64,000 nt of DNA, taken from the NCBI GenBank assembly GCA_040753215.1, contig JBFMEZ010000013.1, positions 32,001-96,000 on the forward strand. Direction: 5' to 3'. The stretch's first letter is position 1; each line of letters starts with the position of its first letter. The DNA comes from Candidatus Micrarchaeota archaeon (lineage in GTDB: Archaea > Micrarchaeota > Micrarchaeia > Anstonellales > Bilamarchaeaceae). A program made the position numbers and the translations under genes. Below the pieces are notes generated by a model. It ran no database searches and was not told the origin of the DNA. It saw only the letters and a list, made by a program, of their open reading frames with translations. Shown here one piece after another: positions 1 to 9,582 of this stretch.

Positions 1-1
1 G

Positions 2-253
2 TGGCTGCCGGTCTCGGACGTAGAGAAAACCCTGATAGATTTCTTCCATTTCAGGCAGCATCTTCCGAAGGAGGCGCTTGCGGAGATGAAAAAGCAGATA
101 AGGAAGGATGTGCTGGAGGAGTATCTCAAAAGATGCCCGAAGCGCCTTGCCCTCAAGGTTAGGAATGCACTCAGCAAATCCCAGTGCGTATCTATTTATG
201 GCTCTTTCCCCCCACCAGCTCGCTTTTCATCATCAGCGAGAAGGCGCCAGTGA
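2..253 (+). CDS. 3' end of AbiEi-like (type IV TA antitoxin) / transcriptional regulator, partial
   Basis: Open frame from window edge reads WLPVSDVEKTLIDFFHF..., resembling the VSDxEKTxxD motif of AbiEi C-terminal domains; TGA at 251-253. Confidence 0.5.
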   Translation, partial: WLPVSDVEKTLIDFFHFRQHLPKEALAEMKKQIRKDVLEEYLKRCPKRLALKVRNALSKSQCVSIYGSFPPPARFSSSARRRQ

Positions 254-776
254 AATCCAACGGCTCCAGCATGAGCGCGGCCATTCCAAGCTGCCCCGCC
301 GCCCTCTCAGCTCTGCCCCCTTCTTTGTTCTTCTTCGCCTCCCCAACGCAGAAATCCACGAGCCTCCTTACGATTCTTTCCTCCTCCGCCTGGTTGCACA
401 CCGCAGCCCAGTGGCAGGCATCCACAGCTTCAAAGGCCCTTCCCGCAAGCACGAAGTTCCTCGCCGCCCTCTCATAAAGTTCGGAGGCGAGTTCCCGGTC
501 TGCGCCCCTCTGCTCATCCGCCGCGGAGGAGAACTCCCTTCCGGCTTCCAAATACTTCCCGGCCTCCTCGAGGCACACTCCCGCCCTATCTGGAGGGATG
601 CCCGCATCCTTCGCATTTGAAAATCTCGCGAGATTGGCCAGCAGGCGGGTTCTTTCCGCGGGGCCGATTCCATCCACCAGGTCCCCGTCCCTGCGCGGAG
701 CCCTTCCGATTCGGAATATGCGCAGAACCCTTGCGCTCCCGCCGGCCCCTTCCATCACCCATGCCCCCTTCCGCAC
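192..776 (-). CDS. hypothetical alpha-helical repeat (TPR/SNAP-like) protein
   Basis: Ala-rich helical repeats (ASELYERAARNF, EEAGKYLEAG); start uncertain. Confidence 0.5.
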   Translation of the reverse strand: MRKGAWVMEGAGGSARVLRIFRIGRAPRRDGDLVDGIGPAERTRLLANLARFSNAKDAGIPPDRAGVCLEEAGKYLEAGREFSSAADEQRGADRELASELYERAARNFVLAGRAFEAVDACHWAAVCNQAEEERIVRRLVDFCVGEAKKNKEGGRAERAAGQLGMAALMLEPLDFTGAFSLMMKSELVGGKSHK

Positions 777-1240
777 ATCGCAATCTTCCTCTCCACAATG
801 CGCGGAACCCCGCCCATCCCCAGGGCAAGCTCGTACTGCTGCCTGGCAAGCTCCCGCACCTCAGCCTCGGGCACAGTCCCTCCCCGCGCCCCCTTGAATA
901 GATGGTCCCCCGCGTCCTCGTGCATCCTTCCGGCCCTGCGCGCATCAATCCCTTCGCAGACAGAAGCGGCGAGGGAAAGAGCCTTTCCCGCGCCCACGAG
1001 GCAGTCAGCCCTCTCCCTCCCGGAGGATGCCTTTTGGGAGGCGGCGAGGTAAAACCCGAACGCCCTCTCCGCGGTGCGCGCGGCCGCCTGCGCATCGGTT
1101 CCCCTGAGCCTCATTGCGGAAACCATGAGTTCCCCGGCCAGCCCGGCAAGGCTTTTGGCTGGATAATCCTCCAGAGGCGCCCTCCTGCGCCTGGCCCTCC
1201 TGGAATGTCTTTCCCTTTCCAGAGCCCGCGCCTCAGCCAT
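755..1240 (-). CDS. hypothetical alpha-helical repeat protein, paralog of neighbours
   Basis: GIDARRAGRMHEDAG matches GIDAKRASRLYEQSG of the 1252..2469 product. Confidence 0.55.
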   Translation of the reverse strand: MAEARALERERHSRRARRRRAPLEDYPAKSLAGLAGELMVSAMRLRGTDAQAAARTAERAFGFYLAASQKASSGRERADCLVGAGKALSLAASVCEGIDARRAGRMHEDAGDHLFKGARGGTVPEAEVRELARQQYELALGMGGVPRIVERKIAMCGRGHG

Positions 1241-1251
1241 TCAAAATCCTC

Positions 1252-2469
1252 TCATTCAAGCGTATGCCCCGCCCTCTCCGCCTCGGCTATCAGGCACCCC
1301 TTCTTGGCCCCCAATTCCAGCAGCCTGCCCGGCGCATGCTGCTGTGCAAGCCGGGTTGCTGCGGCGTATTCCGCCTTCGCCTCCTTGAAGTACCTTTCCA
1401 CCTCGTCCTCGCGCTGGTTCTCTGCAGTGGTGTAAATGTCCCCTGCCCGTATGTGCAGATCAAGCGAGGCGGCGGGGTCCACCAGCTCCAGCAATTTCGC
1501 CGCGGCTGCGAACTCATTTGCCGCATGATGGTCAACGCCCCTATGCACGGCAAGCAGCTCACCAGCCTTGACCTTGAGCCTCGCTGCCTCAGCCGGCTCC
1601 CTTTCCGCAATCGAATCCGCGGCCTTTGAGCACATGTCCGCTGCCCCATGCCCGTCCCCCGCCGCCTCATAGAGCGCCCTCGCCTTCAGATACAATGGAT
1701 GCGCCAGCTCGGGGCGTATCTTACCCCTCAGTTCAGCAGCAAGGCGAGACACGTATGCCGCTTCTTTCGTTTCATTGCCGCCCTCAAGCACCCGGATCAT
1801 TGACATGAAGCTCGCTACGGCCCCCTCAATCAGTTTCTCTGCCCTCGCAGGGTCGCATTCCGCCGCTCTGGCGAAGCAACCCATTGCGGAAGAAGCTTGT
1901 GACGACGCGGTCAGATACACACAACCGCTTTGTTCGTAAAGCCGGGAAGCCCTTTTCGCATCAATCCCCTTCAGCAGGTCCGCGGCAAGCTTGAGGGCCA
2001 GCGCCTTGCCGAGATGCTTGTTTTCTCCGTGGGCTTCTTTCGCAAATGTGATGAAGCGCTCAGCCGCGCTCCGTGCCATCCTCTCCTTCCCTTCCGGGCT
2101 GTTACGTATTGCGGACCCGAACGCGTGGAATGCCTCGTTCAGCATCCCGGCGCGGAGATAGTTGAGCGCTCCCCTCCATGCGAGCTTTCCTGCGATGGGT
2201 TTGTTATCCATGCGGCCGCACAACAGCGTAGCGAACATCCCGCCCGCGCTGGCGTATTCGCCCTCCCTCTCATATCTCTCCGCAAGCCTGAACGCCGCCG
2301 CGAACTCGGCCGGCTCCGTTTTCTCGCGGAGTGGGGCGTCCCCGAAGAGCCTCGTGAAGGCCCTCTTAGCCATCTCATCCGCCCTCTGCCGCATCCTGTC
2401 CGCGGCGTCCAGAGTCCTCCTCGCGTTCCTTCCCTCGTCCGGCTTCCGTACCTTTCCAAGTCCAGTCAT
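1252..2469 (-). CDS. TPR/SNAP-like alpha-solenoid protein
   Basis: 405 aa with repeated AA(D/E)LLxxxDPxxAxxLYxxAG units. Confidence 0.65.
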   Translation of the reverse strand: MTGLGKVRKPDEGRNARRTLDAADRMRQRADEMAKRAFTRLFGDAPLREKTEPAEFAAAFRLAERYEREGEYASAGGMFATLLCGRMDNKPIAGKLAWRGALNYLRAGMLNEAFHAFGSAIRNSPEGKERMARSAAERFITFAKEAHGENKHLGKALALKLAADLLKGIDAKRASRLYEQSGCVYLTASSQASSAMGCFARAAECDPARAEKLIEGAVASFMSMIRVLEGGNETKEAAYVSRLAAELRGKIRPELAHPLYLKARALYEAAGDGHGAADMCSKAADSIAEREPAEAARLKVKAGELLAVHRGVDHHAANEFAAAAKLLELVDPAASLDLHIRAGDIYTTAENQREDEVERYFKEAKAEYAAATRLAQQHAPGRLLELGAKKGCLIAEAERAGHTLE

Positions 2470-2479
2470 TCAAATCCCC

Positions 2480-3253
2480 CTATCCATTCTCCGGAACCAG
2501 CCCACACATGCTCTCCGTGCTCCGCTCGCTCCACATAACCAGCCAGCCCACCCCGAACCTTTCAAGGCATCCTGGATTGGAGGATTCCAGGTTCTTAAGA
2601 ACCTCGGGCTCAGGAAGGACTGGGAGCGGCATGAATCCCTCCATCCCCTGCCCCACAAGGTTCCCGTGTATCCTTCCGATGAATCCGATTATGGCGGCAT
2701 CCCCAACCTGCCTCGGGCCGAGCCGGCAGTCCTTTATCACCCTGTCCGCCTGCTCAAAATCCTCACGCCTTATCAGCTCCGCAAGCGCGATGAAGCCGGC
2801 GCGCACGAATTCCTTGGCGCTGATGCCGGCGGATGCGCGGTCTACGGCGGAATGCAGCTTCTCCCTTGCCGCTTCCGGAATATCCCTCAGGTCCTCCTCG
2901 CGGTGGGACACCATCATGTTTGCGAGGAGCTCCACCCTCAGGCCGCTGGTTTCCGCCCCCTCCCTCTCCGCCTTCTCAAACCTTTCCGCGAGGGACGGCA
3001 GGTTGTATGGCGCGTCCATTTTCGGGATGTGCCTCCCCACCTCAAGCGCGCGGCGCACCCTCGCGTCCGCATGCAGCCACTCAAGGGCCGCGGTTGCCTT
3101 CCCCGCGTTATCCCCGCGCCTCAGCGAAGCGAGCGCGTTGTCGCACAGCAGCTCCGCCCTGCTCAACGCATTTTCCGGCTGCCTGCGAATCGCGTCCGCC
3201 TGGCCCTCCTTCCACCTCACCACCGCACTCACAGTCCTATTTGCAGTTGCCAT
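2480..3253 (-). CDS. hypothetical helical protein
   Basis: Long ORF co-oriented with and closely spaced to neighbours; likely start MATANRTV. Confidence 0.6.
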   Translation of the reverse strand: MATANRTVSAVVRWKEGQADAIRRQPENALSRAELLCDNALASLRRGDNAGKATAALEWLHADARVRRALEVGRHIPKMDAPYNLPSLAERFEKAEREGAETSGLRVELLANMMVSHREEDLRDIPEAAREKLHSAVDRASAGISAKEFVRAGFIALAELIRREDFEQADRVIKDCRLGPRQVGDAAIIGFIGRIHGNLVGQGMEGFMPLPVLPEPEVLKNLESSNPGCLERFGVGWLVMWSERSTESMCGLVPENG

Positions 3254-3266
3254 GTCAAATCCCCAG

Positions 3267-3410
3267 TTAATCATAATCCATAGGCACGATTCCATCTTCC
3301 TCGTCCCGCATTTCGCGGTCTATGCCGTCTATTTTTCTCCCCAGCATCTCCGCCCTCGCCGGGTCGGTTTTCCTCACCAAATCCGCGGCAGCCCTGTGAA
3401 ATCCCCGCAT
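3267..3410 (-). CDS. small protein carrying one copy of the helical repeat unit
   Basis: Own translation MRGFHRAAADLVRKTDPARAEMLGRKIDG... (47 aa) matches the DPARAEKL unit; not in ORF track. Confidence 0.45.
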   Translation of the reverse strand: MRGFHRAAADLVRKTDPARAEMLGRKIDGIDREMRDEEDGIVPMDYD

Positions 3411-3462
3411 TCTATTTGTGCAAAAAGTTTTATTAAACAGATTATGCGCGCTTGCACAACAA

Positions 3463-4020
3463 CTAGAAATCAGAAAAGAGGTCTATCTGGGGATATCCGA
3501 GGGAAGCCGGAATGCCCCGCACGCTCCCGTTGCCGAGGCCGTCTCTGAATTTAAGTATGGAATCCACAAGAAGCCCGTGCGCAAGTGCATAGCGGCTGGT
3601 GAGGAATTCCATCTCCTCCGGCGAAACCTCCTCGGAAGTGAGCGCGGAATTGCACCTGCCCACGAACTCCTCCGCGACCTCCTGTGCGGTGCGGGCAATC
3701 TGTATGGCGCCCAGCGCACCCTCAAACGCCTGCCTGTCATAAAGGCGGGACACATCTACAGAGTGGCCGACCATCTTTTCCAGTATCTGGCTGAGCGCGT
3801 AGATGTAGTTCCTCATGTTTGCAATTGAGGAATCGGTCTGGTTGCGGTCAAGGATTATCAAGGGCACGGAAACCCCGCCCTGTGCAACGACTGTGGCGCG
3901 GCTGTCCATGGCCCCTCCGCACCCTATGGCACCTAGCGCAAGAAGCGTGGCTGCGCGCAGGAACTCCCTTCTGGAGGGCCTGCCCTCCGGGCCGCCTGCA
4001 GGCCTGGTTTCAGTTTTCAT
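3463..4020 (-). CDS. putative Tat-exported lipoprotein
   Basis: SRREFLR twin-arginine motif, hydrophobic stretch, then AIGC lipobox-like Cys. Confidence 0.6.
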   Translation of the reverse strand: MKTETRPAGGPEGRPSRREFLRAATLLALGAIGCGGAMDSRATVVAQGGVSVPLIILDRNQTDSSIANMRNYIYALSQILEKMVGHSVDVSRLYDRQAFEGALGAIQIARTAQEVAEEFVGRCNSALTSEEVSPEEMEFLTSRYALAHGLLVDSILKFRDGLGNGSVRGIPASLGYPQIDLFSDF

Positions 4021-4298
4021 ACGCCCGCTTCCGGCCGTGGGAGCGCCTCAATTTTAAAGGGATTAAGGAGCGCATCAGCTTCCTGCGCGGTAACCCCGTA
4101 CCTCGCAGCGTTCCTCACCGCGAAGGCGGTGCACCCGTCCTTCTTCGCCGCAATCAGCATCATGATGCCCGCCCTCCTCACGCATCCCCTCCGGCACCCC
4201 CTCTCCCCCGCGTAGTGCGCGCTCACTCTCGCATCCCTTCCCTTGAGCATGTTCGGGAACTTCCCGTTGCCTATCTCGCCAAGAGCTCTCATATTCAT
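4017..4298 (-). CDS. hypothetical protein
   Basis: ORF overlapping the start of the next gene by 4 nt; no recognisable motif. Confidence 0.35.
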   Translation of the reverse strand: MNMRALGEIGNGKFPNMLKGRDARVSAHYAGERGCRRGCVRRAGIMMLIAAKKDGCTAFAVRNAARYGVTAQEADALLNPFKIEALPRPEAGV

Positions 4299-4472
4299 AT
4301 AAATACCCTTATTATAACATGCCACAGACGGTTTTTAAACCTTCCTTTTGGCCGCATGCCGCTTCCAGGCCACATCCTCTGCACATGCCTATTCATGTGC
4401 GTTTATGCTTTAAATCCGCCCATCCCCCGCCTTTAATACGTTTTCGAAAGTAACACGCGCAGGTGGCATGGA

Positions 4473-4802
4473 ATGGCAAGAAGCCCGCTGCTGGCGCTGG
4501 TGATGGCGTTCATACCGCTGGTGAACCTGTACCTCATTTACAAATGGTGGGAGGAGCTCAAGGTTGCGACAAAGGCGGATTACGACCCGCTGATAAGGCT
4601 TATCCTGATCCTCATCCCCTTTGTGAACATCTACTACCTGTGGAAGCTGTTCGCGGACGTGGAGAAGGCATCCATGGCGAAAGGGAAGGGAGGGTTCGCG
4701 CTCGGGGCGACCTGGATGTACGTGCTGTCGTTCATCCTGCTCGGCATACCTTTCCTCTACATGTTCTACAAGAACCAGGCGCTCCTGAATGCAATAGAGT
4801 GA
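4473..4802 (+). CDS. small membrane protein (DUF4234-like)
   Basis: Repeated (F/L)IPxVNxYxxxKxW/F membrane motif. Confidence 0.7.
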   Translation: MARSPLLALVMAFIPLVNLYLIYKWWEELKVATKADYDPLIRLILILIPFVNIYYLWKLFADVEKASMAKGKGGFALGATWMYVLSFILLGIPFLYMFYKNQALLNAIE

Positions 4803-4853
4803 ATTTTTCTTTTTTCCATCATCTTTTTATATTCCCGAACCCCAATCCAACCC

Positions 4854-5759
4854 ATGGATGAAATAAAGGATTTCAATTTCCGGAAGGCGCCTAAGCTTTC
4901 CGAGCTCATAAATGCATACGGGAATGCGGGCTTCCAGGCAACCGAACTGCGCAAGGCAGTGGAACTCATGAAGAAGATGAGGAAGGAGAAGTGCACCGTA
5001 TTCCTTGCATTCACCGCGAATATGGCGGCCTCCGGGCTTAGGGGAATCTTCGCGCAGATGGTTAAAGAGGGATGGGCGGACGCAATCATCACTACGGGAG
5101 GTTCTCTCGACCATGACATGATTAAGGCTTATGATTCGTATTTCCTCGGCTCTTTTTCCGCGGATGATGCGAAGCTGCACCAGGAGGGAGTGAACAGGAT
5201 AGGGAACATTCTGGTTCCGAATGAGAGATACGAACTGCTGGAAGAGAAGCTGAAACCCGTATTTGAAGAAATGGCGAGGCGGTCGCCGGTTTCCCCCTCT
5301 GAATTCGCGATGGAAATGGGAAGGCTGATAGAAGATGAGGGCTCATTCCTTATGCAGGCGTACAAGAGGAAAGTCCCGGTATTTTCTCCGGGCATAACCG
5401 ATTCCGCAATAGGATTGCAGGCCTATTTCGCAAAGCAGAAGCACAGGGAGTTTGCAATAGATGTGACGAAGGATACGAAGGGATTAGCGGACCTTGTTTT
5501 GAATGCGGAGAGGACCGCGGCGATAGTTCTTGGAGGAGGGATTTCAAAGCATCATACCATCGGCGTCAATTTGCTGCGGGGCGGATTGGACTATGCCCTC
5601 TACGTATCCACTTCCGAATCTTATGATGGAAGCTTAAGCGGAGCACCCGCGTCCGAAGCGGTGAGCTGGGGAAAGATTTCCGAAGGAGGGAAGCACGTAA
5701 CGGTGAGGGCGGACGCGACCCTGGCGTTCCCGCTCATCTGGTATGCGGCGAGGGAATAA
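4854..5759 (+). CDS. dys: deoxyhypusine synthase
   Basis: GFQAT, NRIGN, GGGISKHH, YDGSLSGA..EAVSWGK motifs. Confidence 0.97.
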   Translation: MDEIKDFNFRKAPKLSELINAYGNAGFQATELRKAVELMKKMRKEKCTVFLAFTANMAASGLRGIFAQMVKEGWADAIITTGGSLDHDMIKAYDSYFLGSFSADDAKLHQEGVNRIGNILVPNERYELLEEKLKPVFEEMARRSPVSPSEFAMEMGRLIEDEGSFLMQAYKRKVPVFSPGITDSAIGLQAYFAKQKHREFAIDVTKDTKGLADLVLNAERTAAIVLGGGISKHHTIGVNLLRGGLDYALYVSTSESYDGSLSGAPASEAVSWGKISEGGKHVTVRADATLAFPLIWYAARE

Positions 5760-5800
5760 CAATATAACTTTTCCGAAAGATACTTCCGCGGGGGTTAGAG

Positions 5801-6310
5801 ATGTACGATGTGCTCGCAGCCGTGATTTCCGGTGGCGCAATAAAAGTCGTGGATTTCATAGAAGATGAGCGCGGCGGAAAGGGATTCATAAAGTGGATAA
5901 TGGCGCTCATCGCCGGGCTCGCGTACGCATACCTCCTTTCCTTCTCCGCGGCCTCTGGGCTTTTCCTCGCAATCATAGCCGCGCAGGTGTTCATGGCGAA
6001 GGTGGACAAGGTCTCCCACGGGCTCGCGGTCATGGTCGCGGTGGTGGCCTCGCTTTTCTTCGGCATAGGGATGATTGATCTCTGGTACCTGCTCGCATTC
6101 TTCATACTCGCATGCATAGACGAGATTCCGCTCACGGGGGATTTGGCCCAGCTTGGGGAATACCGCCTGTGGCTAAAGGGAGGCACGCTCTCCGTGGGTC
6201 TCATAACCGGCGCATGGACCTACTTCATTCTCCTGGTGGCATTCGACATGGCCTACCTGGCGGCTGCGCATTACATGGGAGAGAAAATACGCCCGATGCG
6301 CAGGAGATAA
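5801..6310 (+). CDS. conserved archaeal integral membrane protein
   Basis: Several TM segments; KVVDFIED and AKVDKVSH motifs. Confidence 0.75.
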   Translation: MYDVLAAVISGGAIKVVDFIEDERGGKGFIKWIMALIAGLAYAYLLSFSAASGLFLAIIAAQVFMAKVDKVSHGLAVMVAVVASLFFGIGMIDLWYLLAFFILACIDEIPLTGDLAQLGEYRLWLKGGTLSVGLITGAWTYFILLVAFDMAYLAAAHYMGEKIRPMRRR

Positions 6311-6376
6311 GCCGGCGCGCCGGTGTGCAAATAAGTTTATATTCCTTTTCTTCTACTATTCCGCACAGTGCGTCAG

Positions 6377-6751
6377 ATGGAATCGGCAGGTGCGACCGTA
6401 ATCGTCAGGGAAGTGCGGAAAGCCCCCAGCGTGAGGCCTCCTGCACCTGTTTCCGCAGGCCGCGGGGACATGAGGACTCCCCCGAATCTCATCCGGGAGG
6501 TATTGGCGGAAGGGCAGAGGGCGCCACCGATACCAAAATCACGAAGGGAATTCGAGCTTAGGAAAATAAGGGAGATTGTCGCGAGGCTGAGCCCCACCCT
6601 GTCTGATGATGAGAGGCAGGAGCTGGAAATCGCTGCGGGGAAGGCCGAACAGGCCGGAATCAGCCCCAAAACGGAGTTCATCGCGCACCTGCGTGGCCTT
6701 TTTCCTATGGTGCTGGAGGCCTACGCAAAGATTGAGACGCATGCAGCGTAG
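6377..6751 (+). CDS. hypothetical protein (paralog of next gene)
   Basis: MESA start; ELEIA...PKTEFIAHL. Confidence 0.6.
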   Translation: MESAGATVIVREVRKAPSVRPPAPVSAGRGDMRTPPNLIREVLAEGQRAPPIPKSRREFELRKIREIVARLSPTLSDDERQELEIAAGKAEQAGISPKTEFIAHLRGLFPMVLEAYAKIETHAA

Positions 6752-6793
6752 CCTGGTGCATTAATCTTACTTATTAGTAGCCGCGGAATATAT

Positions 6794-7159
6794 ATGCAAG
6801 GCGATTCAATGGAATCAGCGTTATCGTTCACGGTCAGCGAGCGCCTTCGAGCACCCGCTAATCCTCCGGAAAGGAGAGGAATCCAGACCAGGCCCGAACT
6901 GGCGATGCCCCGGAAATCCCCCTCAACGAAAGAAGAGGCCAGGGCATGCCAGATTGCGCTGGTGAGGATGGTCGCCTCGGAACTGAAGAAGGATTCCCCC
7001 AGGCATATAGAAAGGGAGATAGAGATCGCGGAAGAGGCGGCCGTGTTCGTCAGGGGCGTATGGCCCAAGGCAGAGTTCCTTGCGCTCCTGAATGCGGAAT
7101 TATTTTATAAGGCGCTCCTGCAGTTCGAAGTGCTGGAATCGATGAAGGCAGTGGCCTGA
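6794..7159 (+). CDS. hypothetical protein (paralog of previous gene)
   Basis: MESA near start; EIEIA...PKAEFLALL. Confidence 0.6.
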   Translation: MQGDSMESALSFTVSERLRAPANPPERRGIQTRPELAMPRKSPSTKEEARACQIALVRMVASELKKDSPRHIEREIEIAEEAAVFVRGVWPKAEFLALLNAELFYKALLQFEVLESMKAVA

Positions 7160-7208
7160 TTAGTGGAAGGGAACCCCACATAATATTATATTCCCTCCAG
7201 CGCAAAAT

Positions 7209-8156
7209 ATGCGCATGGAGTTCTCCTTTTCCTCCAGATACCCCTTCACTTCCGAAGCAAAGCAGAAGGTGGAGCAGTCCTCCCTCGAGCTGAACGACGG
7301 GATTATGGAGAGGGCGGTGCAGAGGGTGGTCTCAGCGCTGAGGGGGGAGAAAGGGAGTGCATACAGGCTCCACCCATCAGATGAATTGCTCGAGCTGGGC
7401 TCCTATGCGGCCGCCAGGATGATGCTCGCCTATCTGCGCAACCGCTTTTTGACCGGGAGGTTCGCGGTCGCGGAGGCGAAGCGCGCCTCCTCCTTCATGC
7501 GCTCGGATTCGGAGGAGAATCTGGGAAAACTGGGAGAAGAGCTGGGGATAAGGCCCACTGAATACGAGGGAAGGATGGTGCTCCCGGTCTCCCAGTATGT
7601 TTCCTTCTCCCCGAAATCCATAGACTACCGCCTCATTTTCCGCAATGTGAAAGGCGGGTTCGTTGAGGTGAAGAGGCCCGAGGTAATCCGGCTGATGGAG
7701 GAGGCGGTGAGGATGAGGATGGAAGTGCTGAAGCCCGCCCAGAACCCTCCGAAAATAATCCAGGAATATTCCAAAAAGCTCATGGCCCTCGTCCCGAAGG
7801 AGGCGGTGATGAAGATGAGCTTCAGGGAAGGGGACAACCCGCCCTGCATAGAAAAATTGCTGGAGCAGGTTAAGGCGCACCAGAACCTCAACCACCAGGC
7901 GAGGTGGGCGCTCGCGGTCTATCTCCTCTCGAAGAACGTTTCCATGGAGAAGGTGCATTCCATCTTCTCAAACCTTCCCGATTATGACGAGAAGAAAACG
8001 AAATACCAGCTTGAGCACATAGTGAAGAGGGGGTATTCCATGCCCGCCTGCGCGACCCTCCTGAGCTACGGGATTTGCGTGGCGGACTGCAGGATAGGGA
8101 CGCCATTGAACTGGAAGGTGAAAGATTGGAAGAGAGGGAAAGGCGGTTCATCCTGA
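7209..8156 (+). CDS. priL: DNA primase large subunit
   Basis: RYPF N-terminus; PPCI..NHQARWAL..YQLEHI..C..C..C Fe-S domain. Confidence 0.93.
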   Translation: MRMEFSFSSRYPFTSEAKQKVEQSSLELNDGIMERAVQRVVSALRGEKGSAYRLHPSDELLELGSYAAARMMLAYLRNRFLTGRFAVAEAKRASSFMRSDSEENLGKLGEELGIRPTEYEGRMVLPVSQYVSFSPKSIDYRLIFRNVKGGFVEVKRPEVIRLMEEAVRMRMEVLKPAQNPPKIIQEYSKKLMALVPKEAVMKMSFREGDNPPCIEKLLEQVKAHQNLNHQARWALAVYLLSKNVSMEKVHSIFSNLPDYDEKKTKYQLEHIVKRGYSMPACATLLSYGICVADCRIGTPLNWKVKDWKRGKGGSS

Positions 8157-9214
8157 GGCGCTTCTCGGAATACTACCGGAAGGCGGACATAGAAGTGCCC
8201 AGCGTGGAGCAGAGGGAGTTCGGCATAGGCGGCTTTGAGAAGAAGATAGAGTCCAGGCACATGGGCTTCGAGAGCAACGCGGCCCTGCAGAACTACCTCA
8301 TAAAGGACACCCCGCTCTACATCTCCCACTCAATCGCATACTACAGGTTCCCCAAAGCAACCCCGATGGAGAACAAGGGATGGAGCGGAGGGGACCTCGT
8401 ATTCGACCTGGATGTGCACGGCGGTCTTTTCCTTTCCGGGGAAGAGATTGAAAAAGTGAAAGCCGACGCCGCGCGGCTCGTGGAGGACTTCCTGCTCGCG
8501 GATTTCGGGGTGGGCAGGGGGGGCATAAGGCTGGTTTTCTCGGGCAACCGCGGCTTCCACATACACGTGCGGGACGGGCCGTACAGGATGCTTGAGGGCG
8601 ATGCGAGGAGGGAGATAAGCGATTACATAGCCGGCAAGGGGCTGGATTACAGGAGCTTCTTCTCATCTCCGGAAGAGGACAGGTGGAAGATTTACGGTCC
8701 GAAGGAAGGGGACTGGGGATACAGGGGGAGGTTTTACAGGATGGCGGTGAAGGCCCTGGAGGAAAATCCGGGGGCAATCCACAGGAGGCTGCTGAAGCCG
8801 GAGGAGGCCGCGCTGCTCAGGGAGGGGATGCGCACAGGCCTCTGGAGCAAGACTAGCATAAAGGACATTGTGGAGCGGATGGAGGCCGTGGCGAAGATGC
8901 TTCCTGTCCAGTGCATAGAGGTGGATACGGGCGTGACCATAGACACGAAGCGCCTCATCCGCGTCCCCAATACGCTGCACGGCTCAACCGGGCTGGTGGC
9001 GAAGGAACTGAAATCCCCGGATGGTTTCGAACCTTACAGGGATGCAACCGCATTCGGGCAAGAGCCAATCGGAGTAGAAGCGCTTCAGCCAATTCCGGCC
9101 CAGGAGTTCCTCAATTCTACGATGGAAAAGATGGGAAAAGGGGAAAAAAGGGAAGTCCCGCTTTCCTACGGGATGTACCTGCTCCTGAAAGGGGCGGTCA
9201 CTCTCTCTTCGTGA
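8126..9214 (+). CDS. priS: DNA primase small (catalytic) subunit
   Basis: QREFG, DLVFDLD, FSGNRGFHIH, DTKRLIRVPNTLH; probable TTG start after GGTGA. Confidence 0.95.
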   Translation: MEERERRFILRRFSEYYRKADIEVPSVEQREFGIGGFEKKIESRHMGFESNAALQNYLIKDTPLYISHSIAYYRFPKATPMENKGWSGGDLVFDLDVHGGLFLSGEEIEKVKADAARLVEDFLLADFGVGRGGIRLVFSGNRGFHIHVRDGPYRMLEGDARREISDYIAGKGLDYRSFFSSPEEDRWKIYGPKEGDWGYRGRFYRMAVKALEENPGAIHRRLLKPEEAALLREGMRTGLWSKTSIKDIVERMEAVAKMLPVQCIEVDTGVTIDTKRLIRVPNTLHGSTGLVAKELKSPDGFEPYRDATAFGQEPIGVEALQPIPAQEFLNSTMEKMGKGEKREVPLSYGMYLLLKGAVTLSS

Positions 9215-9578
9215 TGCGGGGCGGCGCTATCGGAGGCGCAAGCCGCACTATTTTCGATGCCAGCACCCCCTCCACGCTCGCCACATAATTTATGGAATTG
9301 AGTAGCCCGAGCTTGTAGTCCTGCGGGAGGTCCTTCTTCTCCTTCCACATCTTCCTCGCCTCGTCCGCGGCCTTCTTCTCCGCGCGGTCGGTCACCTCGC
9401 CGTTTATCGTTATCTTCCCTATCTCGTCCAGGTAGTCCGCGGAGAACGCATACGAAACAACGACGTCCTCGCCCTTGCCCCCGACGTCCTTTATGTCGAT
9501 CTGCACCCTCAGCCCCTTCCCGGGCCCGTCCTTCTCCCTCACGGCTTCAACCTTTGTTACCCTGGAGTTCACTATCAT
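9198..9578 (-). CDS. conserved hypothetical archaeal protein
   Basis: Clean 126-aa ORF in operon with upstream genes; GAGG before ATG. Confidence 0.7.
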   Translation of the reverse strand: MIVNSRVTKVEAVREKDGPGKGLRVQIDIKDVGGKGEDVVVSYAFSADYLDEIGKITINGEVTDRAEKKAADEARKMWKEKKDLPQDYKLGLLNSINYVASVEGVLASKIVRLAPPIAPPRITKRE

Positions 9579-9582
9579 ATCC

